Shown here: in pieces, positions 22,201-36,562 of the stretch
How positions within the stretch are numbered: position 1 is the first letter of the stretch
Layout of the letters: each line of letters starts with the position of its first letter
Assembly (NCBI GenBank): GCA_040954595.2
Contig: CM082585.2
Coordinates: 138,814 to 202,813 of the forward strand
Reading direction: 5' to 3'
Source: Balanoglossus misakiensis
Taxonomy: Eukaryota; Animalia; Hemichordata
Length of the DNA stretch: 64,000 nt
Program-made: the position numbers and the translations under genes
The notes under the pieces: generated by a model
What the model saw: only the letters and a program-made list of their open reading frames with translations
Database searches by the model: none
What the model was told of the DNA's origin: nothing

Positions 22201-22524
22201 CTTCGCTAAGTCGCTAGATTTGGGGCGACCAAACCCCTTCCGCGTAGACTCTATGGACGCGGATGTGGACGCCGCGCCGTTGCTGTTTGCTGATACTTGT
22301 GTACATTTGAGTACGCATGCGCAGTAGTGTAATTACGTTGCATTCCGTGTGTCAACAGGAGCCTGACTCACGTGACTTTCTGTCCGGAGAGAAAGTCATT
22401 CTTCACTCGTTATATTGTAAATTGTATGAGTTTATCAGCAGAGCTGGGGATGATGACTGTTCGCTTCAGTATCAATTATATCATCTACTTTTAGAAATTA
22501 TAGATGCCCTTTCAAACAAAATTT

Positions 22525-24108
22525 TGCCCCTACGAGAAATACTGAGGCTCTAAGGTTAGATTTGGCACCAATACTCAATGGTGTGAGGCAGTGAATCGGG
22601 GCATTAGTACTTCCTTATAGTGGGGCAGTTAACAAAAAAATCGTGCACTTTGGGTTAAAAGCATGAAACTTGGTACACTTATGCATTGACCCATGGCGGC
22701 CATTTTCTGATATGGATCCAAAATGACAGCACCCTCTAGTGGCCAGAAACAGACATTCATACTTAAAAACCGTGCACTTCGGGTTAAAAGCCTGAAACTT
22801 GGTACACTTATGCATTGACCCATGGCGGCCATTTTCTGATATGGATCCAAAATGACAGCGCCCTCTTGTGGCCAGAAACTGACATTCACACTTTCCCCCA
22901 TTAATGGCACTTTTTGGTCATTTGTAACACTCAGAAACAGGAATGTGGGTTGTAAAACATGCTTGCTACCATACATTCATGTGTATATTATCCTAATCCT
23001 GATATACATGCATCAGATCAATCTTGATTACATCTTCCTTCACAGTAACAATGACCACTGCTGTCAGACTAGACCTAAAGCACCTACAGAATCATGTGCA
23101 TGACTTTTGGCCACTGATTTCCTGAGGTTGACTCTTTTCTTGGGCTTGACTAAGAGTTGTCCAACTTGATTTCCACTGGGATTCTGTTGGTTTGATATAG
23201 CTTTGCTAGGTTTCTCACAGCACATGTTCTTTAGATGCTGCCTGTATTCTCGAGAACCCTTGATTTTCTGGAGAAGAGGTGTTGTATTACCCCTTTGCAT
23301 GACTTTGTGTATTGAACTGGTTGTTATTTCGAAGAACAAATCGTTCAATTAGTAACATACAAGATTGATATGATGCATGTACATCAGGATTAGGATAATA
23401 TTCAAAGGAATGTATGGGAGCAAGCATGTTTTACAACCCACATTCCTGTCTCTGAGTGTTAAACTTGCCCAAAAAAGTGTCATTAATGGGGGGGAAAGTG
23501 TAAATGTCAGTTTCTAGCCACTAGAAGGCGCTGTCTTTTGGGATCCATATTGGAAAATGTCCGCCATGGGTCAATGAATAATTGTACCAAATTTCATGCT
23601 TTTAACCCAAAGTGCACAATTTTTAAGTATGAATGTCTTTTTCTGGCCACTAGAGGGCGCTGTAATTTTGGATCCATATCAGAAAACGGCCGCCACGGGT
23701 CAATGCATAAGTGTACCAAGTTTTATGCTTTTAACCCAAAGTGCACAATTATGCCAAAATGTGGGGTTAGCTCCTGCACTATTACCTAAAAATGTCAATT
23801 TCTCTCGCAATGCGACTTCACGTGGAGCTTCAACAATTTATCGTCTAAATAATGGATTGGCTGAATCAACACATACAAAGGATGAAGCCTTAGGCTGTCC
23901 TTTGACCAGGGGTGGTAGTGCAGCAGCAAGTCTGAAATCAATGGCAATGGAAAAGAAATATGATAAAATGTACAACTTTACCCAGAGAACAAATATACCG
24001 TCAAATCTGTAATAATATCTAATACCTTTCATGATAACAAAAGGTCAAGCCTGCACACCCTGAAACGGCTATGACCTACACACTGAGTTTATCCAGAGTT
24101 TTGACAAC
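22525..24108 (+). mobile_element. Second copy of the KolobokP-like transposase 3' segment, split by the Academ-like MITE
   Basis: 22551-22617 plus 23785-24108 align with 18568-18959; restored peptide TNTQWCEAVNRGISTSLPKNVNFSRN. Confidence 0.65.
22618..23781. mobile_element. Non-autonomous Academ-like element, copy 2 (1164 bp, TTA target duplication)
   Basis: tta|TAGTGGGG..TGCACTA|tta; the empty site is visible at ~18625-18640. Confidence 0.85.
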
Positions 24109-25172
24109 CCACACCTGCAGCCAAGAAACACCCCCAAACCATAACACTGCCACCACCAAACTTTACTGTGGGACTGATACAGTCAATTTTCGTACTCTTC
24201 GCCGGGTCGCCGTCTAACGAAAACTCTCCCTCGGCTCCTAAACACGGTGAACTTAGACTCGTCTGCCCAAACAACCCGAGACCACTGAACAGGTATCCAG
24301 TTGACCTAACGCAGGGCGAAACGTAGTCGAGCTGTGATGTGCCGGGGTTGTAATTTCGGCTTTTTCTTAGTCACACATCCATAGAGTCAAGCTCCTCTAT
24401 ACAATCGAGATTTGATTGTGCTCATACTCAAAAGTTTCCCGGTATCCTCATGAAATTTAGCGCGGAGGTCACGGGCCGTCTTGATTCTGTCCGTCAGACT
24501 TGATCTTATCAACATTCGGTCTTCCCGTTCCGTTGTTCGCCTTGGCCGTCCAGATCGCTGTAAATTGTATGTGCTACCATTTTGAACAAGTTTCCGAATG
24601 TTGTACCTGACGCTGCCTTCGATGATTCCAAGCTGCCTTGCGATTTCCCTGTTCCTCAAACCTTGCCTATGCAGTGCCTCAAATTGACCTTTCACAAATT
24701 CAGGAAGTTCGCAAACTTTGGGCATGATTTCATTGATTCAATGTCTACAAACAAAAATTATGCAGCAACCTCCGACAACCTCGATCAGAATATTCATAAG
24801 CAAGTCTGGCAGATTTTCCCGCCCCTCAAATTTAATCGGAATTATATTTAAAAGCTCTGATTTGTGGAGATTTAAATACGAATAGAGGGAAATTAGCCAC
24901 GGAAACAATGGTGCGAAAACTTAATGAGATGCAAATGATATCTTAATGAGTATACCGCCATTGCAATAACCATAGGAATTTTCACTGGCCGGAAAACTCG
25001 CCGCGTATGCAGTCAAATTCAGCGCGGCAACACATCTGTGTTGACTAAAATGGGTTAAACCTTCCGTAGGTTATTTATTTTCGGAAATAAGTTACAGTCG
25101 ATCAATTTTGTGAATAATTTTTCATGTCAAACGTACATTTTCAAGGTGCGTAAATACTTATTGGCGGGTCTG
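24109..25172 (-). mobile_element. Tc1-family transposon, 5' part with disrupted transposase
   Basis: TA|CAGACCCGCCAATAAG terminus at 25172; HTH region RSGRPRRTTEREDRMLIR (24387-24725); PTVKFGGGSVMVWGCF; truncated. Confidence 0.88.
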
Positions 25173-25707
25173 TACATTATTGAAACCTTCAGCATGGAAT
25201 TAGTTGTCTGTATAAAACAAAACAGTTTCTGAAATGATGAATGTCTATTTCACTATTTTATGAAATTTTGAAGTCCTTGATTGCAATAAATTATTCAGTT
25301 AAATATGATTCTCATTTTTCTACTTCATGAGTACTATAATAAATCTGCCAAAGTACAGCAAAGCTGATCTATAATTTAGAGTTTAAGTTGAAAAAACTTT
25401 CTAACTTGCAATATCTGATAATCCACAGAAACACAAAACAGTAAGATGCTGTATATGCAATATTAACATGGGCATTTCTTAAAGGGACAAAGTCTCTCTC
25501 TCGCTGCCCTTTTTCCATTTATTATGTTTGATACAAGACACCTTTTATGTTAATGTACATGTGGATATATTGCGAATCAACTTTCAACCACACACAACTT
25601 CTGTCCCGCTTGCAGACTTGAAATAACCGGTCTCCACCATTTATTCATTTCAGTGAGATTTTTACTCTCACATCATACAATCATCTATTTGTCTCTTTAA
25701 TTCTTAC

Positions 25708-25851
25708 CTCAGGCGTTGCTGTAGTTGCCCACATCAACATAACCACCATGACATCTCTGATCATGTAATGGATTCCATGACCACACGTCTGATCACTTAT
25801 CAACCATTGCATCAATGGTGTGAACCAAAACTTTGCATAGGGACGGAAAAC
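25708..25851 (-). pseudogene. PRKDC: PRKDC exon
   Basis: tag|VFRPYAKFWFTPLMQWLISDQTCGHGIHYMIRDVMVVMLMWATTATPE|gtaag. Confidence 0.9.
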
Positions 25852-26866
25852 CTACAAATAGATGATGGTTTCAAAGTTACTTGTCACCTACAATTGTGTT
25901 TTTTCTCTGCTTTGGTACAGAATAAATATATCACATTGTTTAAAACATAACAAGTAACTATCAATGACACTGTCCAGGCTGGGTGAAATACATCAACAAC
26001 AAACAAACTGGATCAATTCATATTCAAAACAGAATCCCAGACAAGCAATCTAGTGGCTGATGCAACACTGCTGTGAAACTTATAAACAACTTCGCATGAG
26101 AACAGGAAAAACTTGACAACAGAGCAATAGGGCAAAATCAAGATACCCTTTATATTAAAATATAAAAGTAGGGCAAAATGTTTCTCAACTTGCACCAATC
26201 TGACGTAGAATCACCCCTAGGTACCCACACCCTAAATTTTAAGGTGATCAAACAAGCAATTCAAAGAAGAATTTTTACCAAAAAACAGCATCATTGTCCC
26301 AAATTACAAATATCCAAATTTCACCACAAATTGCACAAACTTTACTTAAGTTAGCCCCAAGAACCTGCATACCAAACTACAAAGAACAGAGAAGCATTTT
26401 CAGACTCGGAGAAGAAGGTTTTTGTAACAATAACAGCAAAAATCGCTCAAAAGATACCCCAGATTTTGAACCAGTTTTCCTTAGATCACCCCCAGGAACA
26501 TGCACACCAAATGTCAAAGAATTCAGACAAGCAGTTTTAGAAAAAAATTTGTAAACCAAAAACCACAAAGACCCAAAAATACACATTTCACCACAGTTTG
26601 GACAAACCTTTCTTAGGTTAGCCCCAGGAACCTGCGTACAAAATTTAAAAGAACTGACCAGCAGTTCATCAAAGATTTTGCAAATTTATGAAAATAAGAC
26701 ATTATGACTTTCTTCTCTCATCCATGTTTTTTTTCAAGTTTCACATTTTCAATTGTTTCCCCCATTGCTTTCTTTTCAAATGATTATACCCATCACTGCT
26801 AGTCTTCGTCTTCTATCTAATCTCTGTGTGCAAATAACAAACTTGAAACTCTGCCTTTTTTTTTAC

Positions 26867-26986
26867 CTCTGCTGTATTGACAATCAGCTTGATAATGAAT
26901 AACTTGACATCGATATGAGTAGATGAGCTGGTCAGCTTTTTATTCAAATATGACATCCATCCTGGCATCTCTGTAGGTTTTGTCCC
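26867..26986 (-). pseudogene. PRKDC: PRKDC exon with a mutated acceptor
   Basis: GTKPTEMPGWMSYLNKKLTSSSTHIDVKLFIIKLIVNTAE|gt; preceded by AC rather than AG. Confidence 0.85.
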
Positions 26987-27155
26987 GTTTGTGTTTTAAA
27001 CATAAAAATTTAATGGCAAAGTGATCCAAAATTTGGTTTTCATAATCAGGTTTGAACATTGTTAGTATGCAATATGGATAATTATGTTATTATTAAATCT
27101 AAACATGTCCAAGCATAATTACATGCAAAATGTGTTTCTGTTCAATCAATTTTAA

Positions 27156-28683
27156 CCCTTACAATGCCATAGACTTTTATGCACTGCTTCTCCCCACTAC
27201 CAAGATATTTTCAGAACATACCAAAGATATGTTTCATCTATTTGAACTGACTATAGTTCTCTGTCTGTGTGAAAAAAAACTGTAAACCTTATATGAATTT
27301 CCATCTACATAAAACGGAGAAGCCAACAGTTATATTGATGTCTATGTTATGTCACCTAAAATCTGTAAAAATGGGCTAAAACATCCATTTTTGGTCAAAA
27401 AATTTATGAAAATATTTATTAGGCTGTAAAATTTAAACAAATTGTTGAATTGCTGTCAAACTTGCAGAACATTTTAAGAATGTGCATCTTCATATTTTGA
27501 AGTCATCATTTTGTTTATTTTATTTTGGTAAACATAAACAAACAATAAACAAACGTACATTTGCATATGTAAATAAAAATATTTTACTATTGACCTGAAA
27601 TGACTCAATACATGTAGATCAAAAACAAAAGTTATCAACAAAATAATAAAAAAAAACGGCAAAACAACATCATTGCAATACTCTGGGAAAAAACAAATAT
27701 ACCACATCTTTGCTTCATTTCAAATAAATTGTGTGTCAACTTACAAATAACAACTGAGTCTAACCGTACCACTGTCACTACCCAATATCGCATGCGGGTA
27801 AATGCATGTGCAACTATATTAATTTGTACTGAAGAGTATTTTCAACAGAAGTATATCTTAGCAGAGTTTTTTGTAAGTGTTTTTGAGAAAGTGGACAGTG
27901 AAATTCATGATACTCTCATCCACAAGAATAAAAATGAGATCAGCGATATGCTGTGAAATTTGTTTACCGTAACCGTCAAAATCATGTATCGGCCGACATA
28001 CAAACTTACATGCGAAAAGGCCGGCCTCGATCGTCTGGATAAGAGATCAAACATAAAAAACACACCAAATTTTACTTTCAGTAGGTGACATCATGTGCCA
28101 TTTGACCATTTTGGTGTAGTTGGCAAAAATTACGTAGCTTTTTGAACTCTTATGGCAGTTTCTGATGCTCCGATCTGCACTGTCTCTTGACCTCGTCTCG
28201 TGACCTTATGACCTACTTCAAAATTTACACTCGATCTATATTAACATCATATTTTTCTCAAAACTTCAAAAAATCACCAAATCTTTTCTTTTATCATTAT
28301 CTGAAAATATTTTGGGGACAAAATAACATGTTTACTATTCCTTCATTTCAAAACACTGCCTAGTATCGCGAGGACGGCCAGCCGTTGGGATCATGACCTT
28401 TGCATTCCATTCATAAAGTTTGCCAACGTAGAAAACTTCGCATAAATTAACCCAAGTTTCTATTTAGGGAATGGATGATGTAATGATTTATTCCATATAT
28501 GGTAGAAAACAAGGTTCAAAGGTTATAAGAAGGAGATCTTTGTCAGGTGACTTCAAAATAGCGGGAAATCACATTCTAAACTGAGGGGGGATGAGTGAGA
28601 CTTGTGTACGAATATATTCGGGCGCGACAGAGGGCGCCAGTGTGACATGTACGAATATATATTCGGGCATGGCGTTTTAAGGG
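27156..28683. mobile_element. piggyBac-type non-autonomous element
   Basis: TTAA|CCCTTACAATGCCAT ... ATGGCGTTTTAAGGG|TTAA. Confidence 0.8.
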
Positions 28684-28866
28684 TTAATTAATAAATTGAA
28701 ATTCCTGGTGTTGTGCAAATGTTTTCTATGGCAATATCTATTTTGATTTCATTTGATCAAGTCATTTCAACTATAAGGTCAGGCTTTCTGGCTTTTATAG
28801 CAAAGGATGAAAGGCTTCAATCAGCACAAATTTTTGGCCTGTCAAAATCAACAGGTGACAATTTAC

Positions 28867-29015
28867 CTTTTCCACTTGAGGGATGATGTTATTTCTTTCC
28901 ATGTGTTTCAACACGGCTGTCACAGTGGCCATGCATTCATGTTGATTCATGTTGATTCAATTCATCCATTCCCAACCATTTCCATGTAATCTTCTTTCAC
29001 AATGGCTGATGGTTC
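28867..29015 (-). pseudogene. PRKDC: PRKDC exon with frameshifts
   Basis: EPSAIVKEDYME / MDELNQHE [10-bp duplication] CMATVTAVLKHMERNNIIPQVEK|gt. Confidence 0.85.
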
Positions 29016-29350
29016 CTGGCCAAATAGAAAGAAACAGAGGGGTTTAAATGCAAGTTTCTTCTTGTCATGAAGCTAAACAAGTGACCTATTTTGTTGGATG
29101 GGTCATACACAATCCCCTGTTAAAATTTGAGCAAATTCGGCCAATGCAGAGCGAAGCTAAATTCTTCTGAAGTTGTCAAGAGCAGCGAAAATGCAAACTG
29201 AGAAAAACGGACATTTGCATTGTTGACACCTATTTGTTAACCTGTGGACTCATTCAGAAAAGTGCTATTTTGGGGTGATTATGCACTATTTCCGCCAAGA
29301 CGCATCAGTCAGAATGTGGATCAGTATTAGACCTACCGATTTATGTAAAA

Positions 29351-29935
29351 AATCGCGTCAAGGACACGGTGGTCCCATTGCGTTATTACACAAGAAAAAG
29401 TCTACACCGGAGTACATGGCCATATACAGACAGACAGACAGACACACACACACATAGCGAGAGATCAATGGGCAAGCACTGACTGACCCATAAGCTGCCA
29501 ATGGCATATGTACTGTACATACACTAAATAGAACAGCTCGCCTCTTTAAAACTTAGCCAATACAATCATTCAGGAATTTGCTGTGTAAATCAATCACACC
29601 AGGGAACTTCCTGCCTAATTAAAACAACTCAATAAAGTAAATACACACCACTTTGCAAAGCAATCTGACCAGTAGTTCTTGAGTTACCGAGTTTTGACCA
29701 AATTCACATTTTTCCAGCTAATTTGCATATTTTTGGCAATGACAACTTCATTTGAACAAACTCCCATCTACAGCCGAGCCTGCATCTGCACACCAAATAT
29801 CAAGGTGATACATGCAGCGGTTTTTAAGTTTTTGATGTGGACTGACATACAGACATACACTGTACATCCATCCATCCATACATACATACATACAGACGCA
29901 ACCGATCCCATAAGGTCCCACCAAAGGGACCTAAA
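29351..29935 (+). mobile_element. HINE/pearl-like family A element
   Basis: Head gcgtcaaggacacggtggtcccatt, microsatellites, 3' hairpin ggtccc..gggacc, A-rich flanks. Confidence 0.65.
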
Positions 29936-30011
29936 AAGTAAAATTTGGCAAAAATCACAACTTTTCATGCAATACCACCTTAAAGAGATACACTACCCAA
30001 AATTTAATTAA

Positions 30012-32045
30012 AGCTGCAAGCAGCATTGAAGGGGCCCAAGCATAGAGTTAATAACCATTAGAGTCCATTCAGGGTTGTACCATTCAAATGCGTAGGCTGT
30101 ATTTGCTGTGGATGTGGAGATATGGGGAAGTAGGCAACCACCCGAAATGGATGTCTTACAAGTACAAACACAACAACCAAAGGTGAACTTCTACGTTGTA
30201 AGTTCTTCAGCAAGTATACTTCAAAGGTCAGCTGAGGGTATCCAAAAATTGGGCCAAAAATTAGGATTCTTATTTGGTTCATATTCAAGACAACAGAAAA
30301 TCCTCGCTGTTTGGGTTTGTCAAATTAGATATGGCCATAATAATGAGTTACGCAAGTAAGTTACAGGTGCCCCAAGAAATTTAGCATTTCATGACGCAGA
30401 GGGTCCTACCCTACCCCTCCAAACACCTGGCTATATATGATGTGCGTGCTAACATATGGAAAGCAGGTCAATGGACACCTGAGGTCACCCAAAAATTTGA
30501 CAAAAAATTTTCGTTCCTGTTTATGTCATGTGCAACAAATCCTACATTTGCAGCCCTTTCACTTTGCCTACCATTAGGTATGCACGTAATACATGAATCA
30601 AGCAGGTGTCGCAGGTATCCCCCTGTATTTGGCATTTCATGATAGTGTCATCCCTCCAAATACCAAAGCTGCACCTGTACAACGGGCTGAGCTATGGCAC
30701 TGTAGGACAGAGGTCATCCAAATCAACTTATACATTTGGGCAAAAACAAACTCACACTTACATTCGTCCCTGTGGAAAAAAACCACACCTATTGCCCTGT
30801 TGGTTAGTGTCCAATTAAATGTACAAAATCAATGACTTAGGCAGGTGCAACAGGTGACCCCGCCTTTGGTATATCATTATGGTCCCATCCGTATATGCCC
30901 CCCCCCACGCCAAAGCTGCATACATCTGCTGTGGATGCTCAGTAAGTAAAAGTAGGTGAAATGTCAGATTAAGTCGCCCATAACTTGACAGGAAAATCGG
31001 ACTTCATATTGATCCATGTGCAACAAATACCACACTAGTATCCCTTTTATTGACCCCACAATTACGCATGCACATAATTGAGTTACGCAGGTGTCACAGG
31101 TGACCCTCGAATCGGGCGTATTATTTTGGTCCCATACAGCTGCATGAAGCTGCGTGCCATTACGGGCGACCTGATAACCCCCACGGCCACCTGTGGGCCA
31201 ACCCCCATACTGAACATTCAGTTGCAACGTCACGACTTAAGTACATGTAGGAATTTTTGAACGGCAACGAAGCCTGATCTCTGATTATTGCTGGTACCAT
31301 ACTCCCTTCGTGCAAGAAAATCACTTCTGACGTATTTCAGCCACATTAGCGACTGAGGGTCAAAGTCCGCTGCCGCATTACATTGAATGTTAACCAATGT
31401 AGCCGGGTCTGGATAGAAACATTTGAACGGCAACAGCTAACAAACTCAGCGTAATTCAATAAAACGCCCTAACACAGCCTGAACTCCGATAATGTGTTGT
31501 CTAAAAATTAATTCCGTTGAAAATAATCACTGGTCTGTTTACATATTTCAGCCGATTTTCCAAGGACTACTGCAACCCGCCAGAAGTGAGTAGCCTGCTA
31601 ATGAGATCTCCACAACATTACGTAATGACGGTTAAAGTCCGATGCCCCAGTGTCCGTCCTCAGCCCACCAAAAATGAGAAAAATATTACAAAAATCTTCT
31701 TCTCAAAATCGACGTGGCCTAGGACCTTGAAATTTGGCACATGGGATTTTGGCCACATGGTCTACAAAAATCGTGAAAAGAATGTACATGCCCCCATTAA
31801 CGTGCAAATTAGGTCAATTTGAAAATTTCGCTCGATTATAGCCACCAAGTCACGTGACTAATTACAAATTCAAAGGGCAGGTGCACCAGTACTCATGGGC
31901 CCCAACCACCGTGCCAAATTTCATAGGCGCAGCTGCCGGAATTTCAGAGAAAAACGTGAGCAAAAAAACAACTCAAGGAGAAAGAAGAAAAACTCCAACA
32001 ATAACAGAAGGGGACCAAGCGCCTGAGGGCGCTTGGTCCCCTAAA
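30012..32045 (+). mobile_element. Diverged HINE-like family B element
   Basis: Head agctgcaagcagc..gggcccaagc; decayed ~240-bp units; tail hairpin ggggaccaagcgcc..ggcgcttggtcccc. Confidence 0.6.
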
Positions 32046-32200
32046 AATTCAGGGCAAAAATAATGTGCCAAACATGATAATATTCCAATGGAAAAACGCT
32101 GCCAAGTCGGTTGAAACTGTTGTGATTTCCGGGGTGCCTAGAATCCTGGCACCCAGGCCTGTTAGGCTACCAAGTGCTTGTTTCTCAGTAGGGCCTATTC

Positions 32201-33357
32201 TAGTGGGGCAGTTAACAAAAAAATCGTGCACTTTGGGTTAAAAGCTTGAAACTTGGTACACTTATGCATTGACCCATGGCGGCCATTTTCTGATATGGAT
32301 CCAAAATGACAGCGCCCTCTAGTGGCCAGAAACAGACATTCATACTTAAAAACCGTGCACTTCGGGTTAAAAGCCTGAAACTTGGTACACTTATGCATTG
32401 ACCCATGGCGGCCATTTTATGATATGGATCCAAAATGACAGCGCCCTCTTGTGGCCAGAAACTGACATTCACACTTTCCCCCATTAATGGCACTTTTTGG
32501 TCATTTGTAACACTCAGAAACAGGAATGTGGGTTGTAAAACATGCTTGCTACCATACATTCATGTGTATATTATCCTAATCCTGATATACATGCATCAGA
32601 TCAATCTTGATTACATCTTCCTTCACAGCAACAATGACCACTGCTGTCAGACTAGACCTAAAGCACCTACAGAATCATGTGCATGACTTTTGGCCACTGA
32701 TTTCCTGAGGTTGACTCTTTTCTTGGGCTTGACTAAGAGTTGTCCAACTTGATTTCCACTGGGATTCTGTTGGTTTGATATAGCTTTGCTAGGTTTCTCA
32801 CAGCACATGTTCTTTAGATGCTGCCTGTATTCTCGAGAGCCCTTGACTTTCTGGAGAAGAGGTGTTGTATTACCCCTTTGCATGACTTTGTGTATTGAAC
32901 TGGTTGTTATTTCGAAGAACAAATCGTTCAATTAGTAACATACAAGATTGATCTGATGCATGTACATCAGGATTAGGATAATATTCAAAGGAATGTATGG
33001 GAGCAAGCATGTTTTACAACCCACATTCCTGTCTCTGAGTGTTAAACTTGCCCAAAAAGTGTCATTAATGGGGGGAAAAGTGTCAGTTTCTAGCCACTAG
33101 AGGGCGCTGTCTTTTGGGATCCATATTGAAAAATGTCCGCCATGGGTCAATGAATAATTGTACCAAATTTCATGCTTTTAACCCAAAGTGCACAATTTTT
33201 AAGTATGAATGCCTTTTTCTGGCCACTAGAGGGCGCTGTAATTTTGGATCCATATCAGAAAACGGCCGCCACGGGTCAATGCATAAGTGTACCAAGTTTT
33301 ATGCTTTTAACCCAAAGTGCACAATTATGCCAAAATGTGGGGTTAGCTCCTGCACTA
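32201..33357. mobile_element. Non-autonomous Academ-like element, copy 3
   Basis: Near-identical to 22618-23781. Confidence 0.85.
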
Positions 33358-33657
33358 CAAGGAGGTATTGCATCAAAATGTATATCTCCTTAGGAAGTCT
33401 CTGCCTAAAAGTTTTACAGGTCATTACACTAGACAATAATTGTGAATTGCAATAATACATGAGAATTCCCTTTTTCGTGGTGTAACTATTCAAACCCATG
33501 TCGGCATTTAGCCAAGAAAGGAGCTTGTAGCATATGTAATGACAAGTTTGGCATGCTAAGGCTAGATTGATTTCTGTAGGTGAGAATGCATGCTTCTGAA
33601 TTAAGTTGAACACATTGTTAAATTCTTTAACCACCGTAGTTTGGTCCGAATCCGTTG

Positions 33658-34030
33658 TTAGGTCCCATTGGTTTTCACCATGGGACCTTATGGGATCGGT
33701 TGCGTCTGTATGTATGTATGGATGGATGTATGGATGTATGGATGGATGTATGTCTGTATGTCCGTCCACATCAAAAACTTGAAAACCGCTGCGCGTATAA
33801 CCTCGATATTTGGTGTGCAGATGCAGGCTGGGCTGTAGATGGGAGTTTGTTCAAATGAAGTTGTCATTGCCAAAAATATGCAAATTAGCTAGACAAATGT
33901 GAATTTGGTCAAAACTCAGTAACTCAAGAACTACTGGTCAGATTGTGTATTTACTTTATTGAGTTGTTTTAATTAGGCAGGAACTCCCTCCTGTGTTTCA
34001 TATAAACACAGCAAATTCCTGAATGATTAC
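33658..34030 (-). mobile_element. HINE family A, 3' part
   Basis: Reverse complement of the 29560-29935-type sequence, with hairpin and (TATG/GATG)n. Confidence 0.65.
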
Positions 34031-36562
34031 ATAAGGCCAAAAAAAAGAGTTTGTTTAGCGTCCTCTCGCGCGTCACTTTTAAACATGCAGTCTGCACGAT
34101 AACCCCTCGATTAGGGCGTGTCTGGTACCAGTGATTTGATTGGCTGTGATCGAGTTATTGGCATGTTCGTCATCGTCCGACAAACCATTTTTTACATGGG
34201 TAGGCGCAAATTTTCACGCATCAAGATCAATTATTTTTTTTACATTGCGTGAACAATTTCTATCATAAATTGATATTTTTGTAAACTTTATACGCAAACT
34301 AAATATTTTCGCAATGATTTGCGAACGCTGACAACCTCTGTACGCATACCAATCCATGCGCTTAATTTTGCCAACCCTACACACAAATGCTTTACACTTC
34401 CGCCAAATTCATGTCAACACGAAGTACGCGGCACGGAGTGTGACAATTTCAAGGACTCTTGTCCTCGCACTGACCCACTTTCTGTTATACTTGGAACATC
34501 TGAAACTTTTTCTGATTTTTTTGTTCTTCTATTTGGCGTGGTCTTGCCATGAAATGAAAGAAATGACTGTGAACCAGATTTGAATAGGTTCCTCAAATAA
34601 TCACTCAATTCATGCATACATACTGAATTTTTTAAACATGTAATTTTTATCCTAAATGGTTTACATGGGACACCATAGATATGACACCAAGCGAATTATC
34701 TATCGAAACTAATTAACTCTCCAATGAAGAAAAACAAATGGAGAGAGAAAAAAAACGCTAGCCTAGACAAAAATGCCTACTTTGTAACCGCACGCACTTG
34801 TCCATCGATCGTATACAACAGTGGCTGTGGACCCGGTGTTCTGGAGGCTCAGATGAAAAACATGGCCCAAACAAGCAGAGTTATGACTGATCTGTGATTA
34901 AAAACATGCATTGCCATACGTTTACCTCTAAATTCAACCGAACTAAAGTACAATTAGCTAAGAACACCGAGGAGATACTTCCGTATTAGTCTGCCTCAGA
35001 TGAATGAGCAAATGATCTACCGTAGACAGACGCTCATTATGCATGACCTGCCACTTTCCACCAATAGACGCAGCTCTATGGTATCACATGACATTATTAT
35101 TGAGTTGATCTGCACATGTGAGAATTTCCCGCCATGTCACCAGACTTGACTTTTACGCCCATTTTTCACCATATTGGGGCATATCTGCCAACGCAAAACT
35201 TTATGGGGAGTGACAAATGACATGCTGCATTCAAGAAAATAAAACTGGATTGGACAATGCGGCGCTAAATGCTCACATGACTGAAATCCGGCGTGTGTCA
35301 ATCAATGTTTTTTATGGATGTCTTCAAACTCACGCGTTCCAAAACAAAATCTGGGTAGGCGGTAAACCGAGAGTGTTGCATTTTGAAGCTGAAAGATCCC
35401 TGGAGTAAACCATGTGTCGGTGTAGGGGTTTGCACTCTCCTAATGGCTCAAACGTTCGAACAAAATGGACTCGAAAATAATAGCATTTTCTATATTTTTC
35501 CTCATATTTATATTATCCTACGGGCACATCTTAGCATTTGACTGCACATTTGACTATTTTTGAATGAAAGGTAATATCAGAAGGGCATATTTTTCATACA
35601 AGATTGCTGATATGATTTTTAGACGAAAAAGTACAACATATCAAAGAGATGCCTGTAAATCCCCCGGGAAATGCACTCTCTATTTGGTCACGCGCTGAGG
35701 AATCCTACGGAACCGGCAGCATCATAGGACCCGCTTACCGGGACAGTCCATGACTTCCCGAACACGATAGTAGCAGCCTTTTTTGCACAGAGTTGACGCC
35801 AAGACCAAGATTTTGCCCTAAAATTGACAAAATATCCGGATTTTGCCCAATATCGACTAACGTAAATTGGCTACATTTCTGCCGACAGCAAGCGCGTTCA
35901 GTGAACCCAGTTGACCTGATTTTCGTTTATTTACATACGGAGGTAAGTTTAATCCACATAAGTCGGCAATACCGTCTTTAGACCAAAAAGTACAAATGTT
36001 GAAAGTCGAGTATGCTTCAAATTAAGGAATTTTACCAACCTTAATTCAGAGTAAAAAAAACATGTTTTGAAAAATGTATATTTAACAACAAATTACTGTA
36101 CAACGTTCGTCAGACATGCAGTCGACACCTCCCATCCTCATAATAGTAAAGTCATTCTCTAGTTTACGAGAAAACCGCAACTTAAATTCGCCAATATCGC
36201 TGGCTTTTGTTTACTTTCAATTACACGCATGGATAACGCCTCTGTTGCGGATATTACCCGGCATTCATAGGTACCGGAAGTTGAGGCTATCGTGCAGACT
36301 GATGCGCGTCGAGGCTTTTTTTTCGTAATTTTCGAACCCGGAAATCAACTTCAGTGTTTTCTCCAGGACGCGCGATCGCGCGATTGTTAAATTGTTCTTT
36401 TGGATGTTCCGAGCCTTTCCTGAAAGTTTCATGACAAAAAAATTATCTGGCATACCAATTAAATCACAAAAAATAGCGTCAAGGACACTGTGGTCCCATT
36501 TGAGGATTATTCGGAAACAGTGACACACCAGAATAAAAATTACAGGTGACATTGCAAGCAGA

